From an uncultured delta proteobacterium (GTDB lineage: Bacteria; Myxococcota_A; UBA9160; SZUA-336), in assembly GCA_963704165.1 (NCBI GenBank), contig CAVPHD010000003.1:548217-612216 (forward strand): a stretch of DNA of 64,000 bases, read 5' to 3'. Each line of letters begins with the position of its first letter. Position 1 is the first letter of the stretch. Shown piece by piece: positions 9,350 through 19,875 of this stretch. Both the position numbers and the translations under genes were made by a program. The notes beneath the pieces were generated by a model. That model did no database searches, was not told the origin of the DNA, and saw only the letters and a program-made list of their open reading frames with translations.

Positions 9350-10328
9350 GTGGCGATCTTCACGCTCAGGAATCGGCGCGGCAGCGAGGCGATCTTCACG
9401 AATCGCGGCGCCGCGCTGATGCGCCTGCGCATCTCGGGTGCCGACGTGCTGCTCGGTTTCGACGACCCGGCTCGCTACGACGAGCCGCATCCGTACCTCG
9501 GCGCGATCGTCGGGCCGCTTCGCGAATCGGATCGCGAATGGCCGCTTCACGCTCGACGGACGGACCCATTCGCTCGCGCGCAACGACGGTGCGCATCACC
9601 TGCACGGCGGGCCGCAGGGTCTGTCGCATCGACTCTGGTCGGGCGTGCGCGAGGACGATGCCGTCCGGTTTCGAATCACCAGCCCCGACGGTGACCAGGG
9701 CCATCCCGGCACGCTCGAGGTCGAGGCGACCTACACGCTCGCCGACGACGACGCCCTTCGCATCGAGCTTCGCGCCCGCGCCGACCGCGCCACGATCGTG
9801 AGTCTCGCGAGTCACGCGTGGTGGAACCTGCGCGACGGCGGCGCGAGTCCGATCCTCGACCACGAGCTCTGGCTCGACGCCGAGGACTACCTTCCCGTCG
9901 ATGCGGCGGGCATTCCGACGGGCGAGCTCCGGTCCGTTCGCGACACGCCGTTCGACTTCACGCGGCCCGTGTCGATCGGCGCGCGGATCGCGGAGGCGGA
10001 ACGACTCGAACACCGCGGCGGCTACGACCACTGCTTCGCGCTCCGCGGCGACGGCTTGCGCCGCGTCGCCCGGCTTCGCGACCCCGAGACCGGACGCGCG
10101 CTCGAAGTCGAGACGACACAGCCCGGTGTTCAGCTCTACACCGGGAACTTCCTCGACGGCACGCTCGTCGGCCACGGTGGCGCGGTCTACCGGCGTCACC
10201 ACGGCCTGTGTCTCGAAACCCAGGGCTTTCCCGACTCGCCGAACCAGCCGGGATTCCCCTCGACGAAGCTCGAAGCGGGCGAGGAGTACGCGCACACGAC
10301 GGTCTACCGCGTCGTGTCTCGTTCCTGA
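9350..10328 (+). CDS. galM: Aldose 1-epimerase (galactose mutarotase), frameshift near 9515
   Basis: DVLLGFD...YLGAIVG / RFANRIANGRF, HHLHGG, GYDHCF, QLYTGNF, CLETQGFPD. Confidence 0.88.
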
Positions 10329-10332
10329 TCGA

Positions 10333-11480
10333 TCAGGATCTCGGCAGACCGAGAATCCGCTCGGCGACGATGTTCTTCTGGATCTCGCTGGTGCCGCCCG
10401 CGATCGTCTGCGCGCGATCGCCGAGCCAACGCATCGCCGCCGCGCGCGCGTCGGGCGCGTGGTCGTGGTTCTCGTAGAGCTGACCGTACGCGCCCAGAAG
10501 CGAGAGGTGCGCGGTGGACATCCGCTGCGCCAGCGACGTGCCCGCGAGCTTCATCGCCGCGGAGAGGTGCGGATTCAGGCGCCCCTGGAGCCCGTCCGTC
10601 ATGCCGCGGTAGCCGGAGTACTTCGAGATCGCGCACGAGATCGCGAGGTCGGCGATCTGCTGGCGCGTGCGCGGGTCCGCGTTCCTTGCCGCGCCTCTTC
10701 GCGGCCCCGATCAGACGCTGCAGCGCCTCGTCCTGGCGCATGCCGCCGGCGATGCCGTTGCGCTCGTTGACGAGCGCGTTCGAGATGATCTTCCAGCCCT
10801 CGCCCTCGGCGCCGAGTCGGTTCTCGACCGGAACGCGCGCGTCGGTCATGAAGACCTCGTTGAACTCCGACTCGCCGGTGATCTGCACGATCGGCTTGAT
10901 CTCCATGCCCGGCGCGTTCATCTCCATCAGCAGCACCGTCAGCCCGTCGTACTTCGACGTCTCCCATGCCCGGCACGCGCACGAGGCAGAAGTACCAGTT
11001 CGAGAGGTGCGCGATCGTGGTCCAGATCTTCTGTCCGTTCACCACGTAGTGGTCGCCGTCGCGGACCGCGCGCGTCTGCGTGTTGAACATGTCCGAGCCC
11101 GCGCCAGGCTCGGAGTAGCCGGTCGCCCAGATGTCCTCGCCCGAGAGAATCCGCGCGACGAATCGCTGCTTCTGCGCCTCGGTTCCGAACTTCATGATCG
11201 CCGGGCCGACCCACCAGATGCCCATCTGTCCGGGCACGCCCGGCGCCTTCGCGCGCGTGAGCTCCTCGGAGAGGATCGCCTGCTCCATGTCGGAGAGGCC
11301 CGCGCCACCGTACTCCTTCGGCCAGGCCGCGCCGAGGAACCCGCCGGCGTGCAGCTTGCGCTGCCAGGCCTTGCCGTCCTCGAGCGAGAGCGGGCCCTTC
11401 TGCGTCGGTGCGTTCTTCTCGAGCCAGGTCCGGACCCGGCTTCGGAAGGCCTCTTCCTCGGGCGCGTAGTGCAGATCCAT
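10333..11480 (-). CDS. Acyl-CoA dehydrogenase, two or more frameshifts
   Basis: Three consecutive ORFs: GYSEPGAGSD/NGQKIWT; EFNEVFMTDARVP; TIAGGTSEIQKNIVAERILGLPR. Confidence 0.85.
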
Positions 11481-11562
11481 GGCGCGATCCTATCACCGGG
11501 GCGGCGGATGCTTCTCGGCCGGCTCGGCAGCGACTGCGACCGCTCGGGTTATGCTGCGAGGG

Positions 11563-12216
11563 ATGCAGGCGAACCTCGACATGCTCGCGCCGCTGCTCGC
11601 CGCGGGGCTCGGGGCCGCGGGCTGGACGCTGCTCGAGTACGTTCTACACCGGTTCGTGTTCCATGGCGCCTCTCCGGGGCGACTCGGCGTGGGGGAGCAC
11701 CGCGAGCACCACGCGCGCGTCGACTACTTCGCGCCGTGGTGGCAGAAGGCGCTCGCCGCGCTCGCGGCGGTCGGCATCATTCTGCCGCTCGCCGCCCTGG
11801 CGACGAGCCTCGCGGTCGGAATCGCCTTCACCGCGGGCTTCGTCGCCATGTACCTGATGTACGAGGTTCTGCACCGGCGCGCGCACACGCATCCGCCCGG
11901 GGGTCCGTACGGGCGCTGGCTGCGGCGAAACCACTTCGCGCATCACTTCGTCGACCCCCGCCGCGCGCAGGGAGTCACGACGTCCTTCTGGGATCGCGTC
12001 TTCGGAACCCGCTTGCCGATCGAGAGGGTGCCGGTCCCTCGTCGGCTCGCGATGCCCTGGCTCGTCGATGCGAACGGCGAGCTCCGACCGAGCTTCACGA
12101 ACGATTACGAGCTCGTGGGCAGCGCGCGCAGCGACGCGCGCAGCCGGCTCGCGGACAGCGAGGCCGCCCGGGCGCATCGCAGACCCGACCCCGAGGTGAG
12201 TCCGACGGCGAGCTAG
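11563..12216 (+). CDS. Sterol desaturase/fatty acid hydroxylase family
   Basis: His boxes EYVLHRFVFH, HREHH, HRRAH, HFAHH, then GVTTSFWDRVFGT; start approximate. Confidence 0.88.
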   Translation: MQANLDMLAPLLAAGLGAAGWTLLEYVLHRFVFHGASPGRLGVGEHREHHARVDYFAPWWQKALAALAAVGIILPLAALATSLAVGIAFTAGFVAMYLMYEVLHRRAHTHPPGGPYGRWLRRNHFAHHFVDPRRAQGVTTSFWDRVFGTRLPIERVPVPRRLAMPWLVDANGELRPSFTNDYELVGSARSDARSRLADSEAARAHRRPDPEVSPTAS

Positions 12217-12276
12217 CGGGCGGATCCCCCAAGCCCCGACCGCGCCCCCGTTGACCGAATCCCCCCTTACCAGAAT

Positions 12277-12305
12277 CTGAAAGCCGTGCTTCGATCTTCT
12301 ATAAT
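12277..12305 (+). promoter_or_regulatory. Candidate sigma70 promoter
   Basis: CTGAAA-N17-TATAAT (perfect -10 at 12300-12305) in an AT-rich patch before the SH3 lipoprotein gene. Confidence 0.5.
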
Positions 12306-12327
12306 TTCGACCCATTGGGGGATTGGC

Positions 12328-13008
12328 ATGACTCGTTCTCGGATGGGGATCGTGATCGCGCTCGCGTGTGCGGGTGCCGTGCTCTCGGGTTGCGCGGGGC
12401 GCAGGGCGGCGGAGACGAAGGCGGAGACGGCCGCGGCGCAGCCGAGCACGCCCGTGGTCGAGGTGACGGCGTCGACGCTGAACGTCCGAGCGACACCGAG
12501 CGCGACCGGCGCCGTGGTCGGAGCGCTCAAGCGCGGCGAGCGCGCGAACGCTCCGCAAGCTGAGTCGGGAGGCTGGCTCTACGTCGAGACCGGCGCCGGC
12601 GCCAAGGGGTACGTCGCCTCCCAGTACGTTCGCACCGTCGAGCCGGCCGCAAGCCCGGCGCCCGCTGCCGCGCCAGCCGCAGCCGCAGCCGCAGAGCCCA
12701 GCACGCCCGCGCCCGCGAAGAAGAACGCGAAGGCTCCGCCGAAGCCGGCCCCGCCCGGGAGCAAGCTCGCACGAGTCACGAACGGAATGACGGAGGCGCA
12801 GGTCGTGGAGATCCTCGGCGCGCCGACGAGTCAACAGAACTATATGACCGGCAAGGCCTGGATCCCCTACTACTACGGCTCCGACACCTCGCGCCTCGAC
12901 TACCGGTACAAGGGCGTCGGCATCGTGGTCTTCAGCCGCAACCGCTACTCGGGCGGAACCAAGGTGATCCGCGTCGACTACGATCCGAGCGAGGACGGAT
13001 TGCCGTAG
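12328..13008 (+). CDS. Lipoprotein with SH3b domain, Ala/Pro linker and SmpA/BamE-like C-terminal domain
   Basis: Lipobox VLSGC; LNVRATPS...GWLYV...KGYV; GMTEAQVVEILGAP. Confidence 0.8.
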   Translation: MTRSRMGIVIALACAGAVLSGCAGRRAAETKAETAAAQPSTPVVEVTASTLNVRATPSATGAVVGALKRGERANAPQAESGGWLYVETGAGAKGYVASQYVRTVEPAASPAPAAAPAAAAAAEPSTPAPAKKNAKAPPKPAPPGSKLARVTNGMTEAQVVEILGAPTSQQNYMTGKAWIPYYYGSDTSRLDYRYKGVGIVVFSRNRYSGGTKVIRVDYDPSEDGLP

Positions 13009-13029
13009 CGCTCGAGCGTAGGGAGTCGG

Positions 13030-14180
13030 CTAGCGAGAGGTCGCCCCGTCGCGCTTTCGCGCGGCGGCGAAGAGCGCGTCGATCGCGACGTCCGAGGCGG
13101 GCTCGTGCGCGCAGAGCGCGAGGTTCTCCTCGACGTGTTCGGGACCGCGCATGGCGCAGAGCGTCGTCGTCACGCCCGGTGTGCTGCGCGCGAACTGCAG
13201 ACACCGTTGTGCGTCGGTCGCGAGCCCGGGAAATGCCTGGCGGAAGAACTGCGGCAGCCCGCGCGTCGCGCGTCCCTGCACGAGCGGCCCCGAGGTGAAG
13301 ACGGCTGTGCCGGTGTCGCGGAGCGTGTCGAAGAGCGAGCTCGCGTGGGAATCGGGGCCGAACTGCGACTCGAGCCCCTTCGCTTCGCCGAGCGCGACGT
13401 TGTACGGAAGCGCGATCCCGCGCAGGTGGTGGTCGGGCCCACCGACGTCGATCGCGGTCTGGAAGACGTCGAGGATCGAGAGGTGCCCCCGCTCCCAGTA
13501 CGGGAGCAGAAGTCCGTGCCAGGTCGAGAGCCCATACGCGGCGATCGCGCCACGGGCGACCGCCGCTTCGAGGGCCTCGAAGAGCCGCGCGAGCTGGTCC
13601 TTGAAGAGCGTCGGCCCGCGCGCGGCGAGCTGGAGCTCCGGGTCCTCGAGCAGATACAGATCGATCGTCTCGAGACCCAGGTTCCGACGGCTGCGCTCGA
13701 TCTGGTCCGCGACGAAAGCGGGAGAGAGCACGTGCACGCCGTTCACCACGTCGTTCACGTCGACGATCCCGGTGTCGACGTAGGTCACGATCAAGTAGCG
13801 GCGACCCTCGATCACGCTCTCCGCATCGACGGACAAATAGCCACACTTTGAGATCACGAAGATCTCTTCGCGGGTCGCGATCTTCTCGACGAAGGCGCGG
13901 CGCAGCGCGCGGCCGAGGGCGCGCTCGCTGCTCTGACTGCGGTACGAGATCGACGTGTCGAAGACGTTCACGCCGCCCTCGAGCAGGCGCGGAACCGCGG
14001 AGCGGTAGAGCAGGTCGTCGACGCCCGCCGGGAGCACCGGGCTTGGTGCCGAGCCCGAGCGACGAGAGCGTCAGCCGATCGGGCCTTGCGGAAGTGCCCG
14101 GGAGGCGCGGGAAAGCGCGAAGCGAAGCGCCGCGTGCCCTCGGGTGTGGCGCGGCCCGGGTGGAGCTCGGACTCGGGCAT
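13030..14180 (-). CDS. Aldo/keto reductase family protein, frameshifted near 14040-14085
   Basis: MPESELHPGRATPEGTRRF, LSSLGLGT, GVNVFDTSISY, VISKCGY, LETIDLYLL. Confidence 0.82.
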
Positions 14181-14276
14181 CCCCGCGCACTCTACCCCGC
14201 ACCCGGGGCGCTCGCACGCGTGACAGCGCGCATGCGTTTCAGGCACGATGCAACGCCCGCTGCGAGGAGAATGGCG

Positions 14277-15916
14277 ATGGAATTCAATCTGGCAGAGCTG
14301 CACGAGGCGATCGCGTCGGTGATTCCCGACCGCGAGATGCTGGTCTGGCGCGATCGCCGACTGACCTACGGTCAGGTCGCGGAGCGCACGCGACGTCTCG
14401 CCAACGTTCTGCACTCGCGCGGCCTCGGCGTCCGCAGCGAGCGTGCGAAGATCGACGGCTGGGAATCCGGCCAGGATCACGTCGCGCTCTACCTGTACAA
14501 CGGCCCCGAGTACATCGAGGGCATGCTCGGCGCCTACAAGGCGCGCACCGCGCCGTTCAACGTCAACTACCGCTACGTCGAAGAGGAGCTGATCTACCTG
14601 CTCCGCGACGCGAAGGCGCGCGCGATCATCTATCACGCGCGCGTTCGCACCGACGCTGGCGAAGATCCGCCCGCAGCTGCCCGACCTCGAGGTGCTGCTG
14701 CAGGTCGGCGACGAGAGCGGTCACGCGCTGCTGCCGGGCGCGCTCGAGTACGAGGCGGCGCTCGCGAGCGCGTCGCCGGAACGGCCGCCCGTCGAGCCGT
14801 CGCCGGACGACCTCTACATCCTGTACACGGGCGGCACGACCGGCATGCCGAAGGGCGTGCTGTGGCGCCAGGCCGACATCTTCGTCGCGGCGCTCGGCGG
14901 GCGCGGCGCCGGCGGCGTCGAGCCGCAGTCCTACGCCGAGATCGCCGAACGCGTGAAGGCCGGCGGCATGAAGACGCTGCCGACGCCTCCGCTCATGCAC
15001 GGCGCCGCGCACTGGGCGTCGTTCAACGGCTTCCACTCGGGCAACACCGTGGTGTTCCAGGACGTCACCGACCGCTTCGACCCGCACGACGTGCTCGGCA
15101 CCGTCGAGCGCGAGAAGGCGAACGTGATGCTGATCGTCGGCGACGCGTTCGCCCGCCCGCTGCTCGACCAGCTCCGCGTGCAGAGCTACGACCTGTCGAG
15201 CCTGTTCGCGCTCGTCTCCGGCGGCGCGGCGCTGAACGCGACGCTGAAGAAGGAGCTGCTCGAGCTCTTGCCGAAGGTGATGATCATCGACGCGGTCGGC
15301 TCGTCCGAGACCGGGTCGCAGGCGCAGAACGTCAGCACCGAGGCGACCGGCGCGACGACCGGCACGTTCAACCTCGGCCACGGGGCATGCGTGTCGTCCG
15401 AGGATCTGACGGCGAATCCTCGAGCCCGGACACGACGGACTCGGCTGGTTCGCGCAGACCGGTCGCGTGCCGCTCGGCTACCTCGGCGACCGCGCGAAGA
15501 CCGAGCGCACCTTCCCGACGATCGACGGCGTCCGCTACTCGGTGCCCGGCGATCGCGCGCGGCTTCGCGCCGACGGCATTCTCGAGCTGCTCGGCCGCGA
15601 CTCGGTCACGATCAACTCGGGCGGCGAGAAGATCTTCGCCGAAGAGGTCGAGCACGCGCTGAAGTCGCACCCGTCGGTCTTCGATGCCGTCGTCTGCGGC
15701 CGGCCGAGCGAGCGCTGGGGCAGCGAGGTGGTCGCGATCGTGCGCCTGCGCGAGGGCAAGCCGGCGAGCGAGTCGGATCTTCTCGAGGAGTGTGCGAAGC
15801 ACATCGCCCGCTACAAGCTCCCGAAGGCCTTCGTGTTCCGCGACGAGATCGTGCGCTCACCGTCGGGCAAGGCCGACTACCGCTGGGCGAAGGATCAGGC
15901 GCTCGGCGGCCGCTGA
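14277..15916 (+). CDS. Acyl-CoA synthetase (FadD19-like AMP-binding), two frameshifts
   Basis: NVNYRYVEEEL, YTGGTTGMPKG, PLMHGA, GSSETG, INSGGEKIFAEEVE, RSPSGKADY over three frames. Confidence 0.9.
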
Positions 15917-16242
15917 GCCGCGCGCAGCCGCAGCCGCCAGGCTTCGGATTCCGGCGACGCGACACCGCGCAGCGACAGGTCGTCGGCGAGCAGCCAGATC
16001 GCGTGCTGGAAACGCGCGCGGTCGCGTTCGAGGTCGGGGGTCGCGGGCGCGGCATCGCCGCCGAGCACGAGGCTCGCGACGGAATCCTCCGGCCCGAACA
16101 CCTCCGGGCCCGCGACGTCCGCCCAGAAACCCTCGAGCTCGACGCGCATCTCCTCGCGCGCGGCGAGAGAGCGGATCGCGAGTGCCCGCGCGCCGTGACC
16201 GTACTTCGCGAGCAGGCTCGCGATCTCGTCGAGCGGAGTCAC
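15895..16242 (-). CDS. Hypothetical protein
   Basis: GTGA overlap with the upstream stop; MTPLDEIASLLAKYGH... Confidence 0.55.
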   Translation of the reverse strand: MTPLDEIASLLAKYGHGARALAIRSLAAREEMRVELEGFWADVAGPEVFGPEDSVASLVLGGDAAPATPDLERDRARFQHAIWLLADDLSLRGVASPESEAWRLRLRAAQRPPSA

Positions 16243-16937
16243 CTCTCCGGCCAGCCGACGCTCGTCTCTTCGAGGATTCTCCAGCCGCCGTCCGGACCGG
16301 GTCCGACGACGATCTCGATCGCGCTCGTCGTGGGGTCGTGCGTGCTGCGCCGCGTCGCACGGACGCGCACACGCTCGGCCTCGGGCTCGAAGGCGGGCTC
16401 GCGCCAATCGACCGAGATGCCCTCGTTCCGCTCGCGCTCGATCGCCTCGCGGACCCGGGGCTTGTACTCGGATCCACGGAGCGACTCCCCGCCCGTGAGC
16501 GAGATCGATGCATCGACGCTGTAGCAGTCGTCGAGCCGATCGTCCTGACCGCGGATCAGCTTCCGGCAGACGTCGAAGAGACGCCGAGCGGTGTCGGCCG
16601 GCGCCTCACCGTCCTTCGCGTGGACGAGCGCGGGGCGATCGCTCGCGACCTGCGTCCGCGCCTCGATCCGCTTCGCCCGCTCGCCATCGCGGCCGATCGA
16701 GACCGGCAGGAAGAGCGTGTCGGCCACCAGCGAGAACGGTAGATCGACGAGCGTGATCATCACCCAGCCGAACGACAGGTGCAGGAACGCCGGTCCCATG
16801 ATCTCGAGATCCTTGCGCACGCCGCTGTACACGTACGTGCCCTTGTACCCGGGGTTGAGCTGCGTATCGAGCGACATGCAGCCGCTCGCGCCGACGAGGA
16901 GCGCGAGCAGACCGGCGAGCGAGCGCGTCGAGAGCAT
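16239..16937 (-). CDS. YceK/YidQ-family lipoprotein with C-terminal extension
   Basis: Lipobox ASGC; YSGVRKD, VDLPFSLVADTLFLP signature. Confidence 0.82.
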   Translation of the reverse strand: MLSTRSLAGLLALLVGASGCMSLDTQLNPGYKGTYVYSGVRKDLEIMGPAFLHLSFGWVMITLVDLPFSLVADTLFLPVSIGRDGERAKRIEARTQVASDRPALVHAKDGEAPADTARRLFDVCRKLIRGQDDRLDDCYSVDASISLTGGESLRGSEYKPRVREAIERERNEGISVDWREPAFEPEAERVRVRATRRSTHDPTTSAIEIVVGPGPDGGWRILEETSVGWPER

Positions 16938-16940
16938 CGG

Positions 16941-17789
16941 TCAGCGCTCCGCGCGGACGATCCAAGCGGCGTAGTCCATCCGGACACCGTCGGGCTTCGC
17001 GTGCGCGGCGAGCGTCTCGCGGATCGCCGCGGATGCCGCCTGGCGCTGGGCCGGGGTGGCGTCGCGGAGCGCGGCGCCCGCGGGTCCGATCTCGACCGCG
17101 AAGTCGAGCGCCTCGTCGATCGTCCGGCCGAGCGCGATCTCGCCGACGAGCGGCTCGTGCGCCACGCCGCGAAAACCCGCGCGCCCGAGGATTCCACTCA
17201 CGCGCGCGGCGTCGGCGAAGGAGAACGGCCCCGGTGAATCGGGCGGCGGAGGCGCGGGCAGCGGAACGTGCTTGGCCAGCGCCGCGATCGACTCGCGCAT
17301 CCAGGGGTTCTGCGCGAGCCCCTGCCAGCACACGAAGACGAGCCGCCCACCGGGCCGAAGCGCGCGGTGCAGGTTCGCGAACGCGGCGTCCGGATCGGTG
17401 AAGAACATCACGCCGAAGCGCGAGAACACGAGATCCACACTCTCCGGTGTCAGCGCATGCGTCTGCGCATCGGCGTTCTCGAACGTCACGTTCGTGAGCG
17501 CCTCGGCGCGGGCGCGCTCGCGCGCGCGCGCGAGCATCGGCGCCGAGATGTCCACGCCGAGCACGGTGCCCTTCGGACCGACGCGCGCGGCGAGCTGCAG
17601 CGACGACTGGCCGACTCCGCAACCGATGTCGAGCACGCGCTCGCCCGCACCGGGTTGCGCGCGGTCCATCGCCGCAAGACCGATCGGCGCGAGCATCGCG
17701 TCGAGGCGCGCGTTCTCGGCGATCCACTTGGGTCCGGCTTGCTGGTTCCAGTACTCGATCTGCTCCGCGTTCGGCCCGCTCGCCTGCAT
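16941..17789 (-). CDS. Class I SAM-dependent methyltransferase
   Basis: VLDIGCGVG, GVDISAPML, SRFGVMFF, LRPGGRL; GGAGGA RBS. Confidence 0.93.
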   Translation of the reverse strand: MQASGPNAEQIEYWNQQAGPKWIAENARLDAMLAPIGLAAMDRAQPGAGERVLDIGCGVGQSSLQLAARVGPKGTVLGVDISAPMLARARERARAEALTNVTFENADAQTHALTPESVDLVFSRFGVMFFTDPDAAFANLHRALRPGGRLVFVCWQGLAQNPWMRESIAALAKHVPLPAPPPPDSPGPFSFADAARVSGILGRAGFRGVAHEPLVGEIALGRTIDEALDFAVEIGPAGAALRDATPAQRQAASAAIRETLAAHAKPDGVRMDYAAWIVRAER

Positions 17790-17834
17790 GCGTCCTCCCC
17801 GGTGAGACCCGGATTCTAGAGGTTCATGGCCCAC

Positions 17835-17864
17835 TTGACTGGAGAGCGAAGAAAGAGCGAAACT
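17835..17864 (+). promoter_or_regulatory. Candidate promoter with direct-repeat operator (putative LexA/SOS box)
   Basis: TTGACT at 17835-17840, then GAGCGAA repeated at 17844 and 17855 (11-bp period), directly before the imuA-like gene. Confidence 0.55.
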
Positions 17865-17870
17865 CCGGTC

Positions 17871-18641
17871 GTGCGCTCGGAACCGGCGATCGCGACCACC
17901 CGAATCGATCAGCTTCGCGAGCTTCTGCTCGAGACAGGTCTCGTCGACCGGGTTCGCGTGGGTGCTTCGTGTCCCCCAGCCGAGGCCCCGCGGGCTCCGA
18001 GAACCCACCGCACGGCGACCGAAAGGCCATCCACCCCCGGGGCGGGGGAGGCGTTCTCCCCGGACGCTCTCCTCCGCCCCCATTCGCGCGAAGCGTCCCA
18101 CGCCGACGAGGGGCGGCTGATCGAGCTCGCGGGGGCGCGCTCTTCGGGCAAGACCGCGCTCGCCTACCGCATGGCGGCGGGGGCCACGTCGCGCGGCGAG
18201 CTGGTCGGCTGGGTCGATCTGCCCAACGCCCTCGATCCCCGCTTTCTGCTGCGCGCGAAGGTGAGGCTCGGGGACGTGCTCTGGGTACGGCCCCCGAGTC
18301 TTTCGACGGCCCTGCGCACGGCCGAGCTTCTGGTCAAGACGGGCTTCGCGCTCGTCGTACTCGACCTCGAGGGCGCGCGGTCACGCGAGCTCGCGCAGCT
18401 CGGCGCGTCGGTCTGGACACGGCTTCTGCGCGCGCTTCGCGAGTCCCGCGCCACCGCGCTCCTGCTCGGTGCACAACGCGCCGCGGGCTCGTTCGCGACG
18501 CTCGGCGTCTCCACCAGGCGCGAGCACGCGCTCTTCGACGCGGGGCTGTTCGAAGGGCTCGTGAGCCGCCTCGAGGTGCTGCGCAACCGATCCGGTGCGA
18601 GCGACGGCGAGCTGCGCTTTGCCGTACATCACCGGCCCTGA
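17871..18641 (+). CDS. imuA: ImuA-like RecA-fold protein
   Basis: LIELAGARSSGKTAL Walker A, GWVDLPNALDP, VLWVRP, FALVVLDL; lacks RecA C-terminal domain; start GTG 17871 or ATG 17826. Confidence 0.72.
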   Translation: MRSEPAIATTRIDQLRELLLETGLVDRVRVGASCPPAEAPRAPRTHRTATERPSTPGAGEAFSPDALLRPHSREASHADEGRLIELAGARSSGKTALAYRMAAGATSRGELVGWVDLPNALDPRFLLRAKVRLGDVLWVRPPSLSTALRTAELLVKTGFALVVLDLEGARSRELAQLGASVWTRLLRALRESRATALLLGAQRAAGSFATLGVSTRREHALFDAGLFEGLVSRLEVLRNRSGASDGELRFAVHHRP

Positions 18642-18668
18642 TGGAAGGCTCGGAGCGCGGGCGACCCT

Positions 18669-19247
18669 TCAGATGACCGACGGGCGCACGAGCGCCGCCA
18701 CGTCGGCCCGCGCGGCGCCGAGCTTCTCCTGAAGCTGCGTGTGACCGTGCTTGCGCGCGAAGTCCGCTTCGGCGCGCGTGATCGGCACGAGCCAGATGAA
18801 GCGCACGTTGCGCGTGCGGTCGGAGAGCCACTCGAGCTCGGGATCGAAATAGGTCGGCAGCGAGACGAGCAGGTGATCCGCGACGGCACCGGGCAGCCAG
18901 CCGTGACCGATCTCGAGCGTCTGACCGAGCGAGAGCGGGTAGCGCTCGTCGGCGTGGAGATTCGCGACCATCGCCAAGAGCTTCGTCGCGAACTCCTCGG
19001 GCGCGCGCGTGAGCAGAACGAACTCGAGCCCGTAGCCGTCCTCCATCGGCGCGATCGACGCACCCGCGGTCAGGTGGATCCACGACGGGGCGGGGACGTC
19101 CGAGGGTGGCGCGACGCGCACGACCGCGAGATCGGGCAGATTCTGGACGACCCCGCCCGCGTCCCAGCGCAGCGTCTCGAGCGCGCGGCCCGGAAACACG
19201 CGCGAAGCGTGCGCGTGAACCGCATCGATCAGCGTCTGCTCGCTCAT
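18669..19247 (-). CDS. Suppressor-of-fused (SUFU) domain protein
   Basis: WIHLTAGAS, LEFVL, LGQTLEIG, FIWLVPITRAEADFARKHG. Confidence 0.8.
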   Translation of the reverse strand: MSEQTLIDAVHAHASRVFPGRALETLRWDAGGVVQNLPDLAVVRVAPPSDVPAPSWIHLTAGASIAPMEDGYGLEFVLLTRAPEEFATKLLAMVANLHADERYPLSLGQTLEIGHGWLPGAVADHLLVSLPTYFDPELEWLSDRTRNVRFIWLVPITRAEADFARKHGHTQLQEKLGAARADVAALVRPSVI

Positions 19248-19839
19248 CCGACCTCGGCTGCGTAGGGAGGCGCGGGATCGTACTCCATCGCGCGCTGCAC
19301 CTGCCGGGCGACCGACACGCCGTGGATCTGACCGACGAGCCAGAGCGCCATGTCGATGCCCGCCGAGACACCCGCCGCCGTGACCAGGTTTCCGTCGCGC
19401 ACGTAGCGGACGCCCTCGAGCACCTCCGCACCGACGCTCACGCAGCGCCGTGACGAAGCCCCAGTGCGTGGTGACGCGCCGGCCCTGCGCGAAGCCGGCC
19501 TCGTGCAGGAGCAGCGAGCCCGTGCAGACGCTCGTCACCCAGGTGCAGCCCGCGCCGGTCTTGCGCAGCCAGTCGATCAGCACGGGATTGTCCACCTCAC
19601 GGCGCGTGCCGACGCCGCCGGGCACGAGGACGACGTCGAGCTTCGGAGCAGTCCTCGAACGCGTGGTCGGGGATGATGCGCATGCCCTTCGCCGCGCGGA
19701 TCGGCTCGCGCGTCTGCGCGATCGTGACGACGCGGTCGCCCGGCACGATGTGTCGCACCATCGTGAACACCTCCCACGGCCCGACGAAGTCGAGCTCTTC
19801 CGCGTCGTCGAAAATCAGCATTCCGGTCGTGATGCCCAT
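19244..19839 (-). CDS. DJ-1/PfpI family protein (InhA-like), frameshifted
   Basis: EELDFVGPWEVF; VPGGVGT; SVCTGSL; TTHW; TAAGVSAGIDMAL...MEYDPAPP over three frames. Confidence 0.85.
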
Positions 19840-19875
19840 TCCACTTCTCCTTCGGATTCTCGAGTTGCGTCGGGA

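Noticed and set aside
12650..12715. GCCGCA-type short tandem repeat
   Set aside because: Encodes the Ala/Pro linker of the SH3 lipoprotein
18669..19625. Apparent DJ-1-SUFU fusion ORF
   Set aside because: Produced by a frameshift in the DJ-1 gene; the DJ-1 C-terminus is in another frame and SUFU has its own ATG at 19247
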